Assembly (NCBI GenBank): GCA_043228905.1
Contig: JBHGNT010000012.1
Span: forward strand, 16,244,001-16,308,000
Direction of reading: 5' to 3'
Source of the DNA: Azolla caroliniana
Lineage: Eukaryota > Plantae > Polypodiophyta
DNA length: 64,000 bases
The position numbers and the translations under genes are program-made. The notes beneath the pieces are model-generated. The model was not told the DNA's origin, ran no database searches, and saw nothing but the letters and a program-made list of their open reading frames with translations. Shown here one piece after another: positions 1 to 12,774 of this stretch. The number at the start of each line of letters is the position of its first letter. Position 1 is the stretch's first letter.

Positions 1-257
1 ACGACCGAGTTTCCACCACTCGCCGGCTCTGCGTCTAACTGGTCATGCCGACTAAGTCGCTCATTCAGCCCACTTAGCCTGAATGAGATCGGACACTCTT
101 CAGGAGCTCCGATGTCTCCTTCGTCCCGAGGCATTTCAGCCTCGCTAACCTCTTCGTTAGAGATTGGGATGGAGTCGTCAAGGGTTGGGGGTGAAGGTAA
201 GTACCACGACGTGGACTCTTCAAACACAACATCACGACTTACGTGAGCTTGTTTGAT

Positions 258-1080
258 TTAGGGGTTATAACACTTCTGTTCGTCTGAGTAGCCAACCAAG
301 ATACACTCCTCGACTTTGGCGTCCAGCTTCCTCCATTTCTCCTTCGGCACATGCACATACACGATGCTACCGAAAACCCTCAAGTGTGCTAAGTTCGGCT
401 TCTTCTTCAAGTACAACTCATGTGGCGACACTCCTCCATTGGCAAATGCCCGATTCTGGAGGTAGACAACGGTTTTGATCACCTCGGCCCAATAGAACAT
501 CAGCAGATGCTTCTCTTCAAGCATTGCCCTTGCTGCCTCCTCTATCGTCTGATTCTTCCTCTCGGCCACGCCGTTCTGCTGCAGCATGTATCTACATGAG
601 AATTCATGTCGAATTCCCTCCTTCTGTAGATAACTCGAGAACTGGTCGGAGAAGTACTCCTTCCCACCATCGAACCTTAGGCACTTGATCTTTCGCCCAG
701 TTTCCCTTTCCTCAAGGTTTTTCACCTTCATGAAACATGCGAAGACTTCGCTCTTTTTCATGATCAAGTACGCCCAATGTGCCGCGTAAAGTCATCGATG
801 AAGGTTACGAAGTAACGGCTTCCTCCGATGCTCACGTTCTGTGCCAGTCCACATAAATCCGAATGGATCACATCGAGTGGATGTCGACTCCGGTTACGCT
901 TGTTGGGGAATGGAAGTCGGTGTTGCTTCCCGAGATGGTAGGCTTCACAGACTGCATTTCACGAAGACGTGGAAAGTTAACATGGCCGGACTGCTTATGC
1001 CATAGGTCGATGTCCGACTCGACCTTCTGTCCTTTCGCAAATAGGGCGGTTCCGACTTCATTGGTGTTGAGGAAGAACAT
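258..1080 (-). pseudogene. Copia GAG-pre-integrase and integrase core, frameshifted
   Basis: ORFs 258-767 and 868-1080 carry rve motifs and the post-integrase SH3-like 'FGSIVYVHVPKE..KLD..ILVGYS'. Confidence 0.9.
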
Positions 1081-1130
1081 CCTCCCTTCTCTACACCCTT
1101 GTGCAATGACTTTGCCCTCTTCTTCGATGT

Positions 1131-1583
1131 TATTATAGATCTAAGTACTAAAGTAAGCTTAAGATAAGGATAAACAAATGATAGATAGAAAGGAGAAAGA
1201 GAAAGAAGGGTGCCGATCCACCCGACCACCCCCGAGCGAAGGGATCGAGACGGACTCGAGCCTCGATCGGCGTCCCATACCACCGCTGTAGCGTCGAGTC
1301 GTACCTGGTGCTGGCGCGCTCGCTACAAGAGTTGACCCACCACAAGAGCAGAGTCTCGATGTAGTCCAAAAGATCAAATGAGGGTAGCTAGGCCACTTAT
1401 TTATAGCGATACCCAAGGCCCCCAGGCAAGTTCACACTTGACCTAATGGGTTGTCTCAATCCCGAGGATTAAAAGTAATCCTCCCCTTCTTTACACTCTC
1501 GTTTAACCCTCACACTTATCCACGTGTATAGAATACTACGGTGAATTCTCACCACGGGATATTAAATGGTCATGCCCGTAACA
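1131..1583 (-). repeat. 3' LTR of element 1
   Basis: Direct repeat of 7346-7797 with roughly a dozen differences; PPT GAGGGGGAGTA (minus strand) at 1584-1594. Confidence 0.95.
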
Positions 1584-3004
1584 TACTCCCCCTCTTTAAA
1601 ACATTGCACTCTTGCAATGGAAAGTTAGGGAAATTAGTTCTGAGAGTTTCGTGTTCCCATGTGGCATCTTTTATTGATTTATCCATCCATTTTATTTTAA
1701 ATTCTCGGATTTCTTTAGTACGTAATTTTTTTGTTTTAACATCGAGAATTCTTTCTAGTAGATGTGGTTTAGAAGATAATTCTTCAGAAGTAACCAGAGT
1801 TTCAGTTGTAACTATATTGTCGCCAGAACCTAGAAGTTCTTTTAGACGACTCACATGGAAGACTGGATGAATTCCAACACCATCGGGAAGAGCAAGACGA
1901 TAGGCTGATGACCCAATGCGTTTGAGGACTGTAAAAGGTCCACAAAACCGTGGGGCTAACTTAGCGAAGTTACCCGTAGACAATGTCTTAGAATTGTGAG
2001 GTACACGTAAAAATACCTTCTGTCTAGGGTTGAATACACGAGGTTGCCTATGATGATCGGCATAAAAACGCGCTCTATCTTGAGTTGTTTTTATATTATC
2101 TCGTGCAATATGCAACATATCTTGCATATCCCGAAAAAAGTTTTGCGTACTTCGCAACTCATCATGATGTATATTAACATCAATCGGGGCTCGTGGCTGA
2201 AAACCATACATCAACATAAAAGGACTATATCCCGTCGACGTATGCTTGGAGCTGTTATAAGCGAACTCCAAAATTGGGAGATAACGTTCCCATTTTGTTG
2301 GTTTTGCACCAACGTATGCTCGAAGCATGTCCTCAATAATTTGATTTACTCGTTTTGTCTGTCCATCGGATTGAGGATGATCTGTGGAGCTCATGCTCAA
2401 CGTAGTTTCTAACTTCTTAAAGACTTGCGTTCAGAAGTCACTAGTAAACTTTGGATCTCGATCACTCACGATATCCATCGGTAACCCATAAAAACGAAAT
2501 AATTCGTCAACGAATTGGTAAGCCAATTCAGGAGCTATTACCATGGTTTTAGTAGCAATAAATCTGGCCATTTTAGTTAGTCGATCAATGACAACCCAGA
2601 TGGCATCATGACCTTTTTGGGTGCGAGGAAGGCTAACAATAAAATCCATGGATATACTTTCCCACTTATTATTGGGAATGTCTAAGGGATGTAAAAGTCC
2701 TACGGCTTTAAGTCGCTCGGCTTTGTTAACCTGACACTGGTGACATTTAGATGAGAATGAGTGTACGATGTATTACAGGGTGCCCTACTGAGGGTGCATC
2801 ATGGCATTCAAAAAGGTTCCTCTTTTTGACCTCGGGTAAATCTGGAACACAAACCTTCCCATTGCGGTAGAGCAAACCGTTAGCAATGTGGAAGTATTCC
2901 TTCGAGGATGTGGTGGTGTCTGTTCCAGACTCAACTCTTGCCCAGTATTTTGCAAAATAACTGTCATCAGGATACTTTCCTTTTCTTGAACGGTATACCG
3001 ACAT
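1570..3004 (-). pseudogene. Integrase with C-terminal chromodomain (element 1), fragmented
   Basis: CHDAP..GH zinc finger, SMDFIVSLP, DRDPKFTS, HPQSDGQT, GPF motif; chromodomain ERILD..FKIKW..ATWE. Confidence 0.92.
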
Positions 3005-4655
3005 TGAGCAGAATCAAGTTTCTTACTCTCGAATGCTATTGGTTTACCATCTTGATACAAGACAACACCTATAGCATAATCGCCTGCATCGGTTTCAACC
3101 TCAAAAGGTTTTGAAGGATCAGGTAAAAGAAGTGAAGGAGCCTTGCAAACCAGGTCCTTGAGTTCCTTAAAGGCGAGGTCTAGTGTAGCATTCCACACAA
3201 TAGGTTTTGTAGACTTACACGTTTGACCTTTTAAAAGATCAGTAAACGACGTCGTCAATTGGGAGTAATTACGAAGAGCCTTTCGCAAAAACCCGACAAA
3301 ACCAAGGAATGATCGAACTTCTCGAATATTCCGAAGAGTGGGCCAAAGCTTGATTTTCTCAATGCGAGAAGGATCAATTTCAACTCCTCGTTCGGTTATG
3401 AGATGTCCTAGATAAGTAATTGATTTCTTGAAGAACTCACATTTTGAGATCTTTGCATAAAATTGTTTGTCACGCAATGTTTGTAAAACAAAGCGGACAT
3501 GTCTAGCATGTTCTTGTAATGTACGGCTATAAACTAAAATATCATCCAAGAAAATAACGACAAATTTTCCAAGTTGTTCTCGGAAAATGTCATTCATTTC
3601 TTGTTGAAAAATAGCCGGAGCATTGGTCAAACCAAAAGGCATAACCAGAAACTCGTAATGGCCATAGCGCGTACGAAATGCCGTTTTAGGAACATCGTCC
3701 TCACTTATTCGTATTTGATGGTAGTTAGTACGGAGACCAAGTTTCGTAAAATACTGAGCTCCCTGGAGACGGTCAATTAGATCGTCAGCCCGGGGCAATG
3801 GGTACGAATTCTTGATCGTCACTTTATTCAAGCGTCGGTAATTAATACACATACGCCATGTGCTCTCTTTCTTTTTTACCAAGAGAACTGGTGCACCCCA
3901 TGGAGATTTACTATAACGTATATAACCCATTCGTAAATAGTCCTTGAGTTGCTTAGATACCTCATCTTCTTCCGATCGACTTAAGCGATACGGAGATATA
4001 CTTATTGGTGCAACACCAGATACAATATCTATACGATGATCTATATTACGTTTAGGAGGTAACCCATCAGGTAGTTCACTTGGAAAAACATCATGAAAAT
4101 CATTTACTATTTCATCAAGTTGTTGTTGTTCAAAATATGTTAATTGAACTGGGACATTATCGATATTGTAATGTGAATGTCCGGATCAAGTACACAATAA
4201 AATAATGTAGAACAAGACAACTCGGATATTGATGGACACGAGGAAACAATCGAGAGGGATTGTTTTTTTACACATTGAATAAAATGCGTACAATCGTTCA
4301 GTACAAAAGAAATGGAATGGCGAACCCAATCAATAAATAAAGAAGAGTTTTTATTATAAAACCAGGGATAACCCAATATTACATCGGTGGTACAAAGATT
4401 CATTACATGGAAGTCTACTTCCTCTATATAAGTATCAATAGAAATTCCTAATGAATGAATCGCCCCGTTGATGTATTGTACTCTTCCATTAGCCAAGTGC
4501 ACCGTGTAGGTGTGATCACTTACGGTGGGTTGGATTCCCCATATCTGAACCAAACGATCATTCACAAAATTGTGTGAGCTTCCCGAATCAAATAAAATTT
4601 TTACGGGAGATCCATTGATATACCCGTTTGCACGTAGTAAATCATTGGGACCCAA
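2785..4655 (-). pseudogene. Aspartic protease, reverse transcriptase and partial RNase H (element 1)
   Basis: LFDSGSSHNF; [26 protein letters not shown]; RNase [11 protein letters not shown] truncated after QEKE by an internal deletion near 2975. Confidence 0.92.
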
Positions 4656-4661
4656 TACATA

Positions 4662-5663
4662 GTGAGGGAAAGAACATTGACAATTACTTCAATGATGTGT
4701 ATAGACCTGAAGGACATTAGGAATCTGACCTTTATGGTCTGCAGCTTTAGCTTTGTTGTCGTGCTCTTTCCATTGGAGCTTTCGACATTGATCTTTTGTA
4801 TGACCCTTCTTTTTGCAGAATACGCAAAAAGGATGTTGTTGCTTACACTCGCGATCCAGGAATTCGTTGGGTGTCTTGCGTTTCCCAACAAATTGCGACT
4901 GCTTAGTCCTAGGCGCTTCGTTGGGTTTGTTGTGGTCCTTCTTCGAAGTGTGTTGATAGCGAAGAACTATTTAAACGGCCTCTTTGAAGGATTTTGGATC
5001 CTTATCGTGCCCTATCCAGTGATAGTCCGAATTGGGAATGCCATTGACAAAACAAGCTATCAACCAATTGTCCCCTTCTAGACCCGAATTTTGGATATGG
5101 GTTCTAGCATGGTGAACATAGTCTTCTAGAGAGGAAAATTTCTTGCTAGAGAGGTTCATTAAAGCTTGTGCTGCCTCGGTTCGAGAGGGAGGTTGCAGAA
5201 ATTGGCCCTTAAAAACCGTGACAAAATCTATCCAGGTATCGGGCAATTTCCCCATAGTACGGAGCCCATGCCACCAGGCGGCGGCCTTACCCTCGAGTTC
5301 TCAGCCGACATATGCAATCTTCGTACTATTTGGCGTGGGATAGAGCTCAAAATGAGACTCCCATCGTCCCAACCATGTGCAGATTGCTTCTTCGGTTCTT
5401 TCCTTTTTGTCTCCGGTAAATGGCTTAACGACAAATGATGGTTCACCTTGTCGCTCATCAGGTCTATTAGTCTCACGTTGTAGACTAATGACATGTGCCT
5501 CAAGAGCACTCTGAGATTGCTGAAGTTCGGTCATCTGTTGAGCGGTGAAACTAAGGTATTGGGTTATTTGTGCCAAATACATCTCAGTGGACATTTGTCC
5601 AGGAGGATTCCCTTGAGTTCCTTCCGCTTGAGCGGATGACATCGGGTCGTTAATTTGAGCCAT
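4662..5663 (-). pseudogene. gag (element 1), fragmented
   Basis: ORFs 5301-5663 and 4971-5255 with retrotransposon-gag features (F.GD..WL..WE.HF; AAAWW; TWIDFVTVFKGQF). Confidence 0.8.
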
Positions 5664-6840
5664 TAAAGATTATTTCTGGAAAAGAAATAGGATAAGGTCA
5701 GTGAGATAGTCATAACATCATGTCGTGATGTAAACATATCATGGGCAAACATTAATCGATATCATGATCTCACGTCAATACCCCTCTAGACGTATGAGAT
5801 GAGGTTCAAGATCAGGTTACTATGGTAACACAAAGGTCTTTTAAAAACCATGGGGGTGACAAATAAATGTCTTTCCCTTATCTCTATATCGATTTTTTCA
5901 TGGTGGCTCCCTGAGGCTCAACCATGTATGTTCGCGTCATGAATTGTTTATACACGAAAAAAATGTTAACAATAAACTATGTTTCGGTGCCCACATATGT
6001 GGTTTTGGCTCTTTAAGTCCTATTACGAGGACCCCGAGGTGCACTTAGACCTTAAGTCTAAACATGTGTTATAGTCATATGTATCAAGGATGTTGTATGG
6101 TCTTGGTCATATTTGAACTCGAGACCTCGAGAACAAATACATTAAACACTTGAGCCAACCAAGTAAGTTGCTCTTCTTGAATGCTTAATGCTTGATGCGT
6201 ATAAGAGATATGCGAGATCATATATGTTTTTTCTAAACGAACATATATGTCAAGGGTCCTTATTTCGCCCTCATTTACCAAAACCATGTTCATACGTTAC
6301 CTAACCTCAAGTCTCGTAATTACGATGGCATGCGCCAAAGTGCAACCTAATGGTCAAGCCAAATGAGCCCTCGTTTCGTAGTAGGATCACGTGGCCCATC
6401 ACATGGTCACATCATTACGAATGCCTCTCGTAAGAACGAGCTCATGGTGGCATCGTATCCATGTAACGAGGGAGGGATGTTGGATACGTGTGTCATTGGA
6501 GCGACCTCACTTGAAATGGGTCAAGCCCTACGTACTCAACATCGTTATGGCTATAGGCATTTCTTTACGGAATGAAATCGAGGTCATCAACGGGGTTGTC
6601 AACAATAAAAAATTGTTGAAAAAAGGATGGTGACAACGCCATTCTCACAAAAATGTGAGGACGGCTACCAACATCCTTTTCCCGACAAGGACAACTTTCG
6701 ATATAATCATGTAATAACGAATATACACATATGTTTACTTATCACATATATATGATCAAATACGTATATACGTGACCACATATGCCTATATTAACATATC
6801 GTTATATTAAATAGCCACAAATGATGTGATCGAGAGACGT

Positions 6841-7095
6841 AATCGAGGTATATACCTCTACGCACACGAAACATCCACAAATAAGAGATCATCGTAATAC
6901 GCAATTGAGGTATTGACCTCTTACGGATACGAGACCAACCGCATATCGTTTACAACAAATCAAGGTATTAAACCCATACGCAAACGTAACATATGTTCGT
7001 GAACGTAATACGTAATTGAGGTATTAACCTCGTACGCATACGACACTCATCACATATTATTCATATGTCAAACGAGGTATTGACCTCGTGCACAT
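6841..7095. repeat. Five degenerate ~56-bp tandem units with a GAGGT-N4-ACCTC palindromic core in the 5' leader of element 1
   Basis: Cores start at 6845, 6907, 6962, 7018 and 7074. Confidence 0.75.
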
Positions 7096-7333
7096 ATGTA
7101 AATGTTTTAGATAATCAATTAAAGACCACTACAACATCATTGACTTAATGAAAAAAAATGACATATAAACTAAACACATGATTAGATGGGAGAAGAGAGA
7201 ATAGAAAGAAAAATTATGGAAAGAGTTACCGAAGTTCTTTGTTGATCGTTGTCTGGATCAAGGCCGACCGCACATCGATCGATCACCATCAATCAAAAGA
7301 CAAATGAAAAACAAAGAAACATTAGTACATAAA

Positions 7334-7343
7334 TCTGATACCA
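7334..7343 (-). other. PBS (initiator tRNA-Met) of element 1
   Basis: TGGTATCAGA on the minus strand, 2 nt inside the 5' LTR. Confidence 0.9.
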
Positions 7344-7345
7344 AA

Positions 7346-7797
7346 TATTATAGATCTAAGTACTAAAGTAAGCTAAAGAAAGGATAAACAAATGATAGAT
7401 AGAAAGGAGAAAGAGAAAGAAGGGTGCCAATCCACCCGACCACCCCCGAGCGAAGGGATCGAGACGGACTCGAGCCTCGATCGGCGTCCCATACCACCGC
7501 CGTGGCGTCGAGTCGTACCTGGTGCTGGCGCACTCGCTACAAGAGTTGACCCACCATAAGAGCAGAGTCTCGATGTAGTCCAAAAGATCAAATGAGGGTA
7601 GCTAGGCCTCTTATTTATAGCGATACCCAAGGCCCCCAGGCAAGTTCACACTTGACCTAATGGGTTGTCTCAATCCCGAGGATTAAAAGTAATCCTCCCC
7701 TTCTTTACACTCTCGTTTAACCCTCACACTTATCCACGTGTATAGAATACTACGGTAAATTCCCACCACGGGATATTAAATGGTCATGTCCGTAACA
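7346..7797 (-). repeat. 5' LTR of element 1
   Basis: Direct repeat of 1131-1583, adjacent to the PBS. Confidence 0.95.
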
Positions 7798-7868
7798 GAT
7801 GTAGCAACTGAGATGCGTGAATCGAACTTGCATCCCTTGGTGGACGATCTATCCGACCGACACCAAGT

Positions 7869-8316
7869 TGTTGTCCGCCAAAATAGTAACCGACGGACAA
7901 GAGCGCAATAATATGGAATAGAATAATATTGTAACGCATGTAACGGTTCACGCGGGAAGCGTGAACGGCTAAAAGACCCTACGTATATAAAGGGCAGAAA
8001 ACCTCTGATAGAGGAGTGTGTAATTTTGAATGTAAAAGGCGTATCTTAATAGAGTTCTATCTTCTCTGATATCTGTGCATGTCTGTGATTAATCTACTAT
8101 GTGTCTGTAATTCTTAAGAGCGTAGGCGTGAATAACGGTGAGTGTGCTAGCCCACTGTCTAAGGAGCTCAGTTGTAGCCATCTCCCTTATACGCTGCTAG
8201 GTTACGGGAGGTATCCCACAAAGTAGTACGCACAGACACTACCATTTGTTGTCACACAATCACTTTGAGGTCTAGGTCGAAGGACTGACCCTAGACCGTG
8301 TTCCTAATCGGTAACA
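7869..8316 (+). repeat. 5' LTR of element 2
   Basis: Direct repeat of 13561-14007; TATATAAAGGG near 7984. Confidence 0.93.
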
Positions 8317-8320
8317 CTTT

Positions 8321-8334
8321 TGGCACGCTTGGTG
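8321..8334 (+). other. PBS-like site (tRNA-Arg-like) of element 2
   Basis: TGGCACGCTTGGTG, 4 nt after the LTR; resembles the TGGCACGCCC.. Arg PBS. Confidence 0.65.
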
Positions 8335-8488
8335 ATCTGTGTCTTCTCACAGATGAACAACGACGAATGGATGTTTAGCCGCAGACGCCCCAGAGAACCA
8401 ACACGACAAGACTGGCCAATCACAAGGTCCATCACACGCTAGGCAGAGGAACGCGCACGGCAAAAGCCTCGCCTCAGTGACCTCAGTA

Positions 8489-8998
8489 CTACCTGTCGGG
8501 ACCATAAAGACGATTTCTCGCTCTCCAAATACCTCGGCGATACGCGGGAAGCGCGCTCACCACAAAAGCATTGTGGTCTTTCCCTGCCCGTCGTAGCACC
8601 CAGCATGGCCTTTGCATATCCTCAATGATGATACCTGCCTTCTGCTTGGGCATCCCATATGCGTTTACATGTACGCATCTGACCTCCAATAGGAACTTGG
8701 CGATTTCGTGGAAAAAGGGATCTGGAATCTCCTTCGTTCTATATGCCTTGGCGGATGACGAATATGGACTGAAGTATCTCTACAGGGACTCCGCATGAGG
8801 GATTTTGAAATGTCTTTCACCTAGTGATGACAGGTCCAACTTTTTCCGGATGGATGAGTTGGTGACCATGTCGATGTTGAGCTTTCTAGCGATGTCTAGT
8901 GCATCAGGGTGTGGAGGTGCCTCCGCGACCCTGATGTACCCATCCAAGCATTTCTCCACGAGCCATCGATGCAAGGCGGTAGAGATGAATATTGACAT
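8489..8998 (-). pseudogene. N-terminal domain of the extra post-pol ORF (element 2, inside the inverted block)
   Basis: WLVEKCLDGYIRVAEAPPHPD aligns with WMRENGLKGLLRIADAPPHTE of ORF 38356-39405. Confidence 0.75.
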
Positions 8999-9344
8999 AG
9001 TCGGAATAGGCTCGTGGCTAGGGGTGAAGGCTGTTGGTTGCGGTAGGCTTGAGCTCTGTGATAGGATGGAGAAGAAGGTAAGGAAGGGGAGCGATGAGGG
9101 CGCTGAGAGTTAGAAGGTTGATTTCTGTATTGTGCAAAAAACCTTATATTTCCTTCTTTTTTGTGGCCTAGGGTTCATTGGTCGGTGAGCCATCGTGGTG
9201 CCGCGTGTTCTTGGTCTAGAAGTCTGTGCATGCCTTAAGTCCTTTTAATAGCATCGCTATCTTCTCTCTCTTTTTTTCTTTTTTTTTTCGTAACGGTTAC
9301 ATACAAGACTATTTTTACACTATAATACAAGTGGGGCCGTCTAC

Positions 9345-12300
9345 TTACTTTGTGGATTCTCCGGCTTTGTCCTGTCCGGCGGGGAACGGGTTAGGTGGCG
9401 TAGGTCCCAGATAAGGTTTAAGGCGAAACCCATTCATTTTCTGTTGTAACACTTCCTCGGCCAGCGTGCCCAATTGAAACGTGCCTTGTTCTGCTCCAAC
9501 TATCCAGTACGGGCCTGTCCAGCGGAATCGTAATTTTCCTGGCATATGCCCCATGCGGGTTTGGAAAACTAATACCGCTCTTCCAACCGTAAAATCTTTT
9601 TCACGCGCATGCCGGTGTCGGTCAACGAATGCTTTGCGCCGCCGTTGTTCCTACTCCAATATGGCCATACTGCGTACCCTTGTTTCTCCTAGCTCTAGTA
9701 GTCTCTGTAGCCGTATTTGTAAGGATTTGCCCTCTGGTAGCCAGCCTCGTATTTGGATCTGTAGACTTGGTACCTGGAATTCAACTGGCATCATGGCCTT
9801 CAGACCAAATGCCAGCCTGAACGGTGTTGATTGTATGTTGCTCTTATAGCTGGTATGGTATGCCCATAACGCGCTATGCAACTTGGTGTCCCAATCCGTC
9901 CTATTCTCATTGACTATCTTTTCTAGGATAGTTTGGAGGGTTTTGTTCGTGGATTCTGCCAAGCCATTTGCCTGCAGGTAATACGCCGTACTTTTCTTGT
10001 GCACCACTGCGTAATGTTGGGTCAGTTCGCTGATGACCATTGTCGTGATGCTTTTCGCCCATGGTGAGAAACCGAGCGGGATAGAGAAAACGGAGGTGTG
10101 CAACATTGCACATGAACTTACGGAAATTGTAACATAGGGACAAATAAGCAAATGTAAAGTGTAAGGAGTTAAGGTGCTCTACAAAGTTGTTAAGAGTGAA
10201 TGTGATGTGCACTTTGTGGACTAGAGGGAGGTACATAGAGAATGAGTGTAAGAGTGATGGGCATTGAGTAGGACGGCTAGAGGAGAGAGAGTTAAGGCCC
10301 ATCAATCTCAAGATCAGGGCAAATATTCTCCTTTGAATGAAAAGGGGAATTGACCACTCCTATTGTATTGTGCCTCACCCCTTACCACTATAAAAGGGAG
10401 TGAGGGGTCCCTTTTGAGGGGTTGCCTATTTTGCGTATGGGAGGTATACCACTTAGTCTAGAGTTCTTACCATTTTTAGGGTTTTGTTTAGGGTTTCCTT
10501 ATTCATCTTCGGTTAGGGTTTTCTCATAGTCGTTTGGTGCGGCCCATGCGGCCACCATTGTTGTAATCATTCGTTTGTTTTAATATAACTTGTTGAGGAT
10601 CTTGCCTTCGCCGATCTCTCCTTCTATGTCATGGTCTTATTCTTTCCTCTTCTCCTCTTGAGCTAAGCCTCCATATCATATCTTATTCTTTCTCCTCTAC
10701 TCCCTAGTCTGAGACCCCCGTGGTCCCGCCCCTTCTACACGCACGCACGTGCGTAACAACGCGACACCGTATTCAGATAGTGACTCCCTTGGTCACTAAT
10801 GAGCTTGACAGGGCAGCCGAAATGACACCAGATGTGTTCGTACAGGAATTTCGTCGTGACTGCCGCAGTATTCTCGAGTAGTGGTTTCGCTTCTACCCAC
10901 TTCGTGCAGTAATCCGTAACAACCAGGATGTACTTATTGCCTGTTCGAGTGACCACCGGGGTAAAAGGTCCCACGAAATCTAACTCCCACTTTTGGAAAG
11001 GATCTAGTGCCAATATTGGTTGATGTGGCATTCTTGCGACTTCTGTGGGTTGGCCCAGTTGTTGGCATAAATCGCACTGCCTGTAATATTCATACGCATC
11101 CTTTTGCGTCGTCGGCCACCACGTTCCTACTTGCCAAATTTTCCGGGCCATAACATCGCCCACTTAATGTCCTCTCGTCGTACCACAATGGGCTTCGCGT
11201 AGAACCGCGGCCTTCTCATCCTATCGTATTCCGTGCCTCCAGATGTCGTCACTGCCCTTATGGTATAATATATTTTCCACTAAACAGAAATTCCGGCTCC
11301 GGACGGCCAGCCGTTTTTTCTCGTCCGTCCGTAATTGGGGTGGCGGTAACCCTGTGGTCAGGAAGTAGGTCATTTCCATGAGCCACCGATCCGGAAAAGT
11401 CTTTTCCGTTCGTTCGGCTAGCGTTGCTACCCACAGAATGTCCACATCCGGAAAGTCGTCGTCATCCTTCTGCGTTGTTTCTCCATTATCAAGTCTTCTC
11501 AAGAAATTTGTCACTATGTGTTGCGTACCCGAGCGGTGCTGAATTACAAAGTCGAATTCTTGAAGCAACAACATCCATCTAGCCAATTTCCCCATCATCG
11601 CTTGTTTCCTTACCAAATATAGTAGTGCCGAGTGATCCACGTGAAACGTGAATTTCCGCCCTAGTAGGTAATGCCGGAACTTATTGATGTTGTAGATCAT
11701 CCCCAACGCCTCACGTTCCATTGTGGAATAGTTACGCTCCGCCGTTGATAATTTCCGACTAGCGTAGTACACCGGCCGGTACCAATTCGGCTCCGTGAGC
11801 TGCATTAGCACACTTCCTATTGCTATGTCTGAGGCATCTACGCACACGTGGAATGGCTTCGCCCAAACTGGTGCCTGTATGACGGGTGCCTGCGTTAGCA
11901 TTACCTTGAGCGCATCATATGCCTTTTCTTCCGTCGCTGTCCATTGGAAGGGAGTCCGATGAACGGCGGCATGTAACTGCATGACGAAGTCCGCCAAATA
12001 GCGTATCATCCGACTATGCCATCGTATTTGTCCTAAAAAACGGTTGAGTGATTTCGCGTTTGCAGGCGTTTTCGCTTGGGTAATCGCAGAGATTTTATCC
12101 GGATCGACCGCTATCCCTTCCTTGCTGACTATATGGCTGAGGAGAGCCCCACTGGTAACGTTGAAGGCACATTTGGCGGGATTCAGGCTTAAGCGTGCGG
12201 TGCGGTAACGTTCTAGGCACAGTTGTAGATGCGTAAAATGGTCGGTTGTTCCCCCATATACCACAAAATCGTCTAAAAAAACTTGCATGAAGGCCGGAAT

Positions 12301-12678
12301 ATATTCCCCAAAGATCTCCGTGATTGTCCATTGAAATGTCGTCGGTGCCGTCTTTAGCCCGAACATCATGACGACTGCAACATAGACTCCCCAGTCCGTG
12401 ACAAACGTCGTCTTCTCTTGGTCATCGGGGTGCATGCGTACTTGGCTGTACCCACTGAAGCCATCTAAAAAACTGTACATGTCATGCCTCGCGACGAAGT
12501 CTAGTATGCTATCGGTGAAGGGTAAAGGAAATGCGTCTGTAATGGTTATGGCGTTTAATTTTCGGTAGTCCACGCATACCCGTATTTTGCCATTTTTCTT
12601 TGGTACGACTACGATCGGGCTTAACCATGTAGCTTGTTTAACTAGCCGTATGAATCCCGCCTTGCTGATCATCCCCAA
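9345..12678 (-). pseudogene. pol (RT-RNaseH-integrase) of element 2, interrupted by a solo LTR
   Basis: WLSPIVVVPKKNGKIRVCVDYR, FLDD, VDAS, EREALG; integrase DFVGP, SDQG, QANGLAESTNK, WTGPY. Confidence 0.93.
10041..10766 (+). mobile_element. Solo LTR of the TGTCG...CGACA group, inserted in the element 2 integrase
   Basis: Termini TGTCGTGA..CGCGACA; 4-bp TSD CCAT/CCGT; integrase HYLNT|VISELTQH is restored on removal; right end matches the LTR at 52437/60004 in reverse orientation. Confidence 0.85.
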
Positions 12679-12774
12679 TGCCTCACGTTCCGTTGTGGAA
12701 AACGCTCCGCCGTTGATAATTTCCGACTAGCGTAGTACACCGACCGGTACCAATTCGGCTCCGTGGGCTGCACA

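Larger units (their letters stand above)
1131..7797 (-). mobile_element. Structurally complete Ty3/gypsy chromovirus (element 1) with disrupted ORFs
   Basis: LTRs 1131-1583 and 7346-7797; 5-bp TSD GATGT (1126-1130, 7798-7802); tRNA-Met PBS; PPT; gag-protease-RT-RNaseH-integrase-chromodomain order. Confidence 0.95.

Noticed and set aside
6841-7095. CRISPR-like appearance of the spaced palindromic repeats
   Set aside because: Eukaryotic retroelement context, repeats short and degenerate, spacers related to one another, no cas genes.
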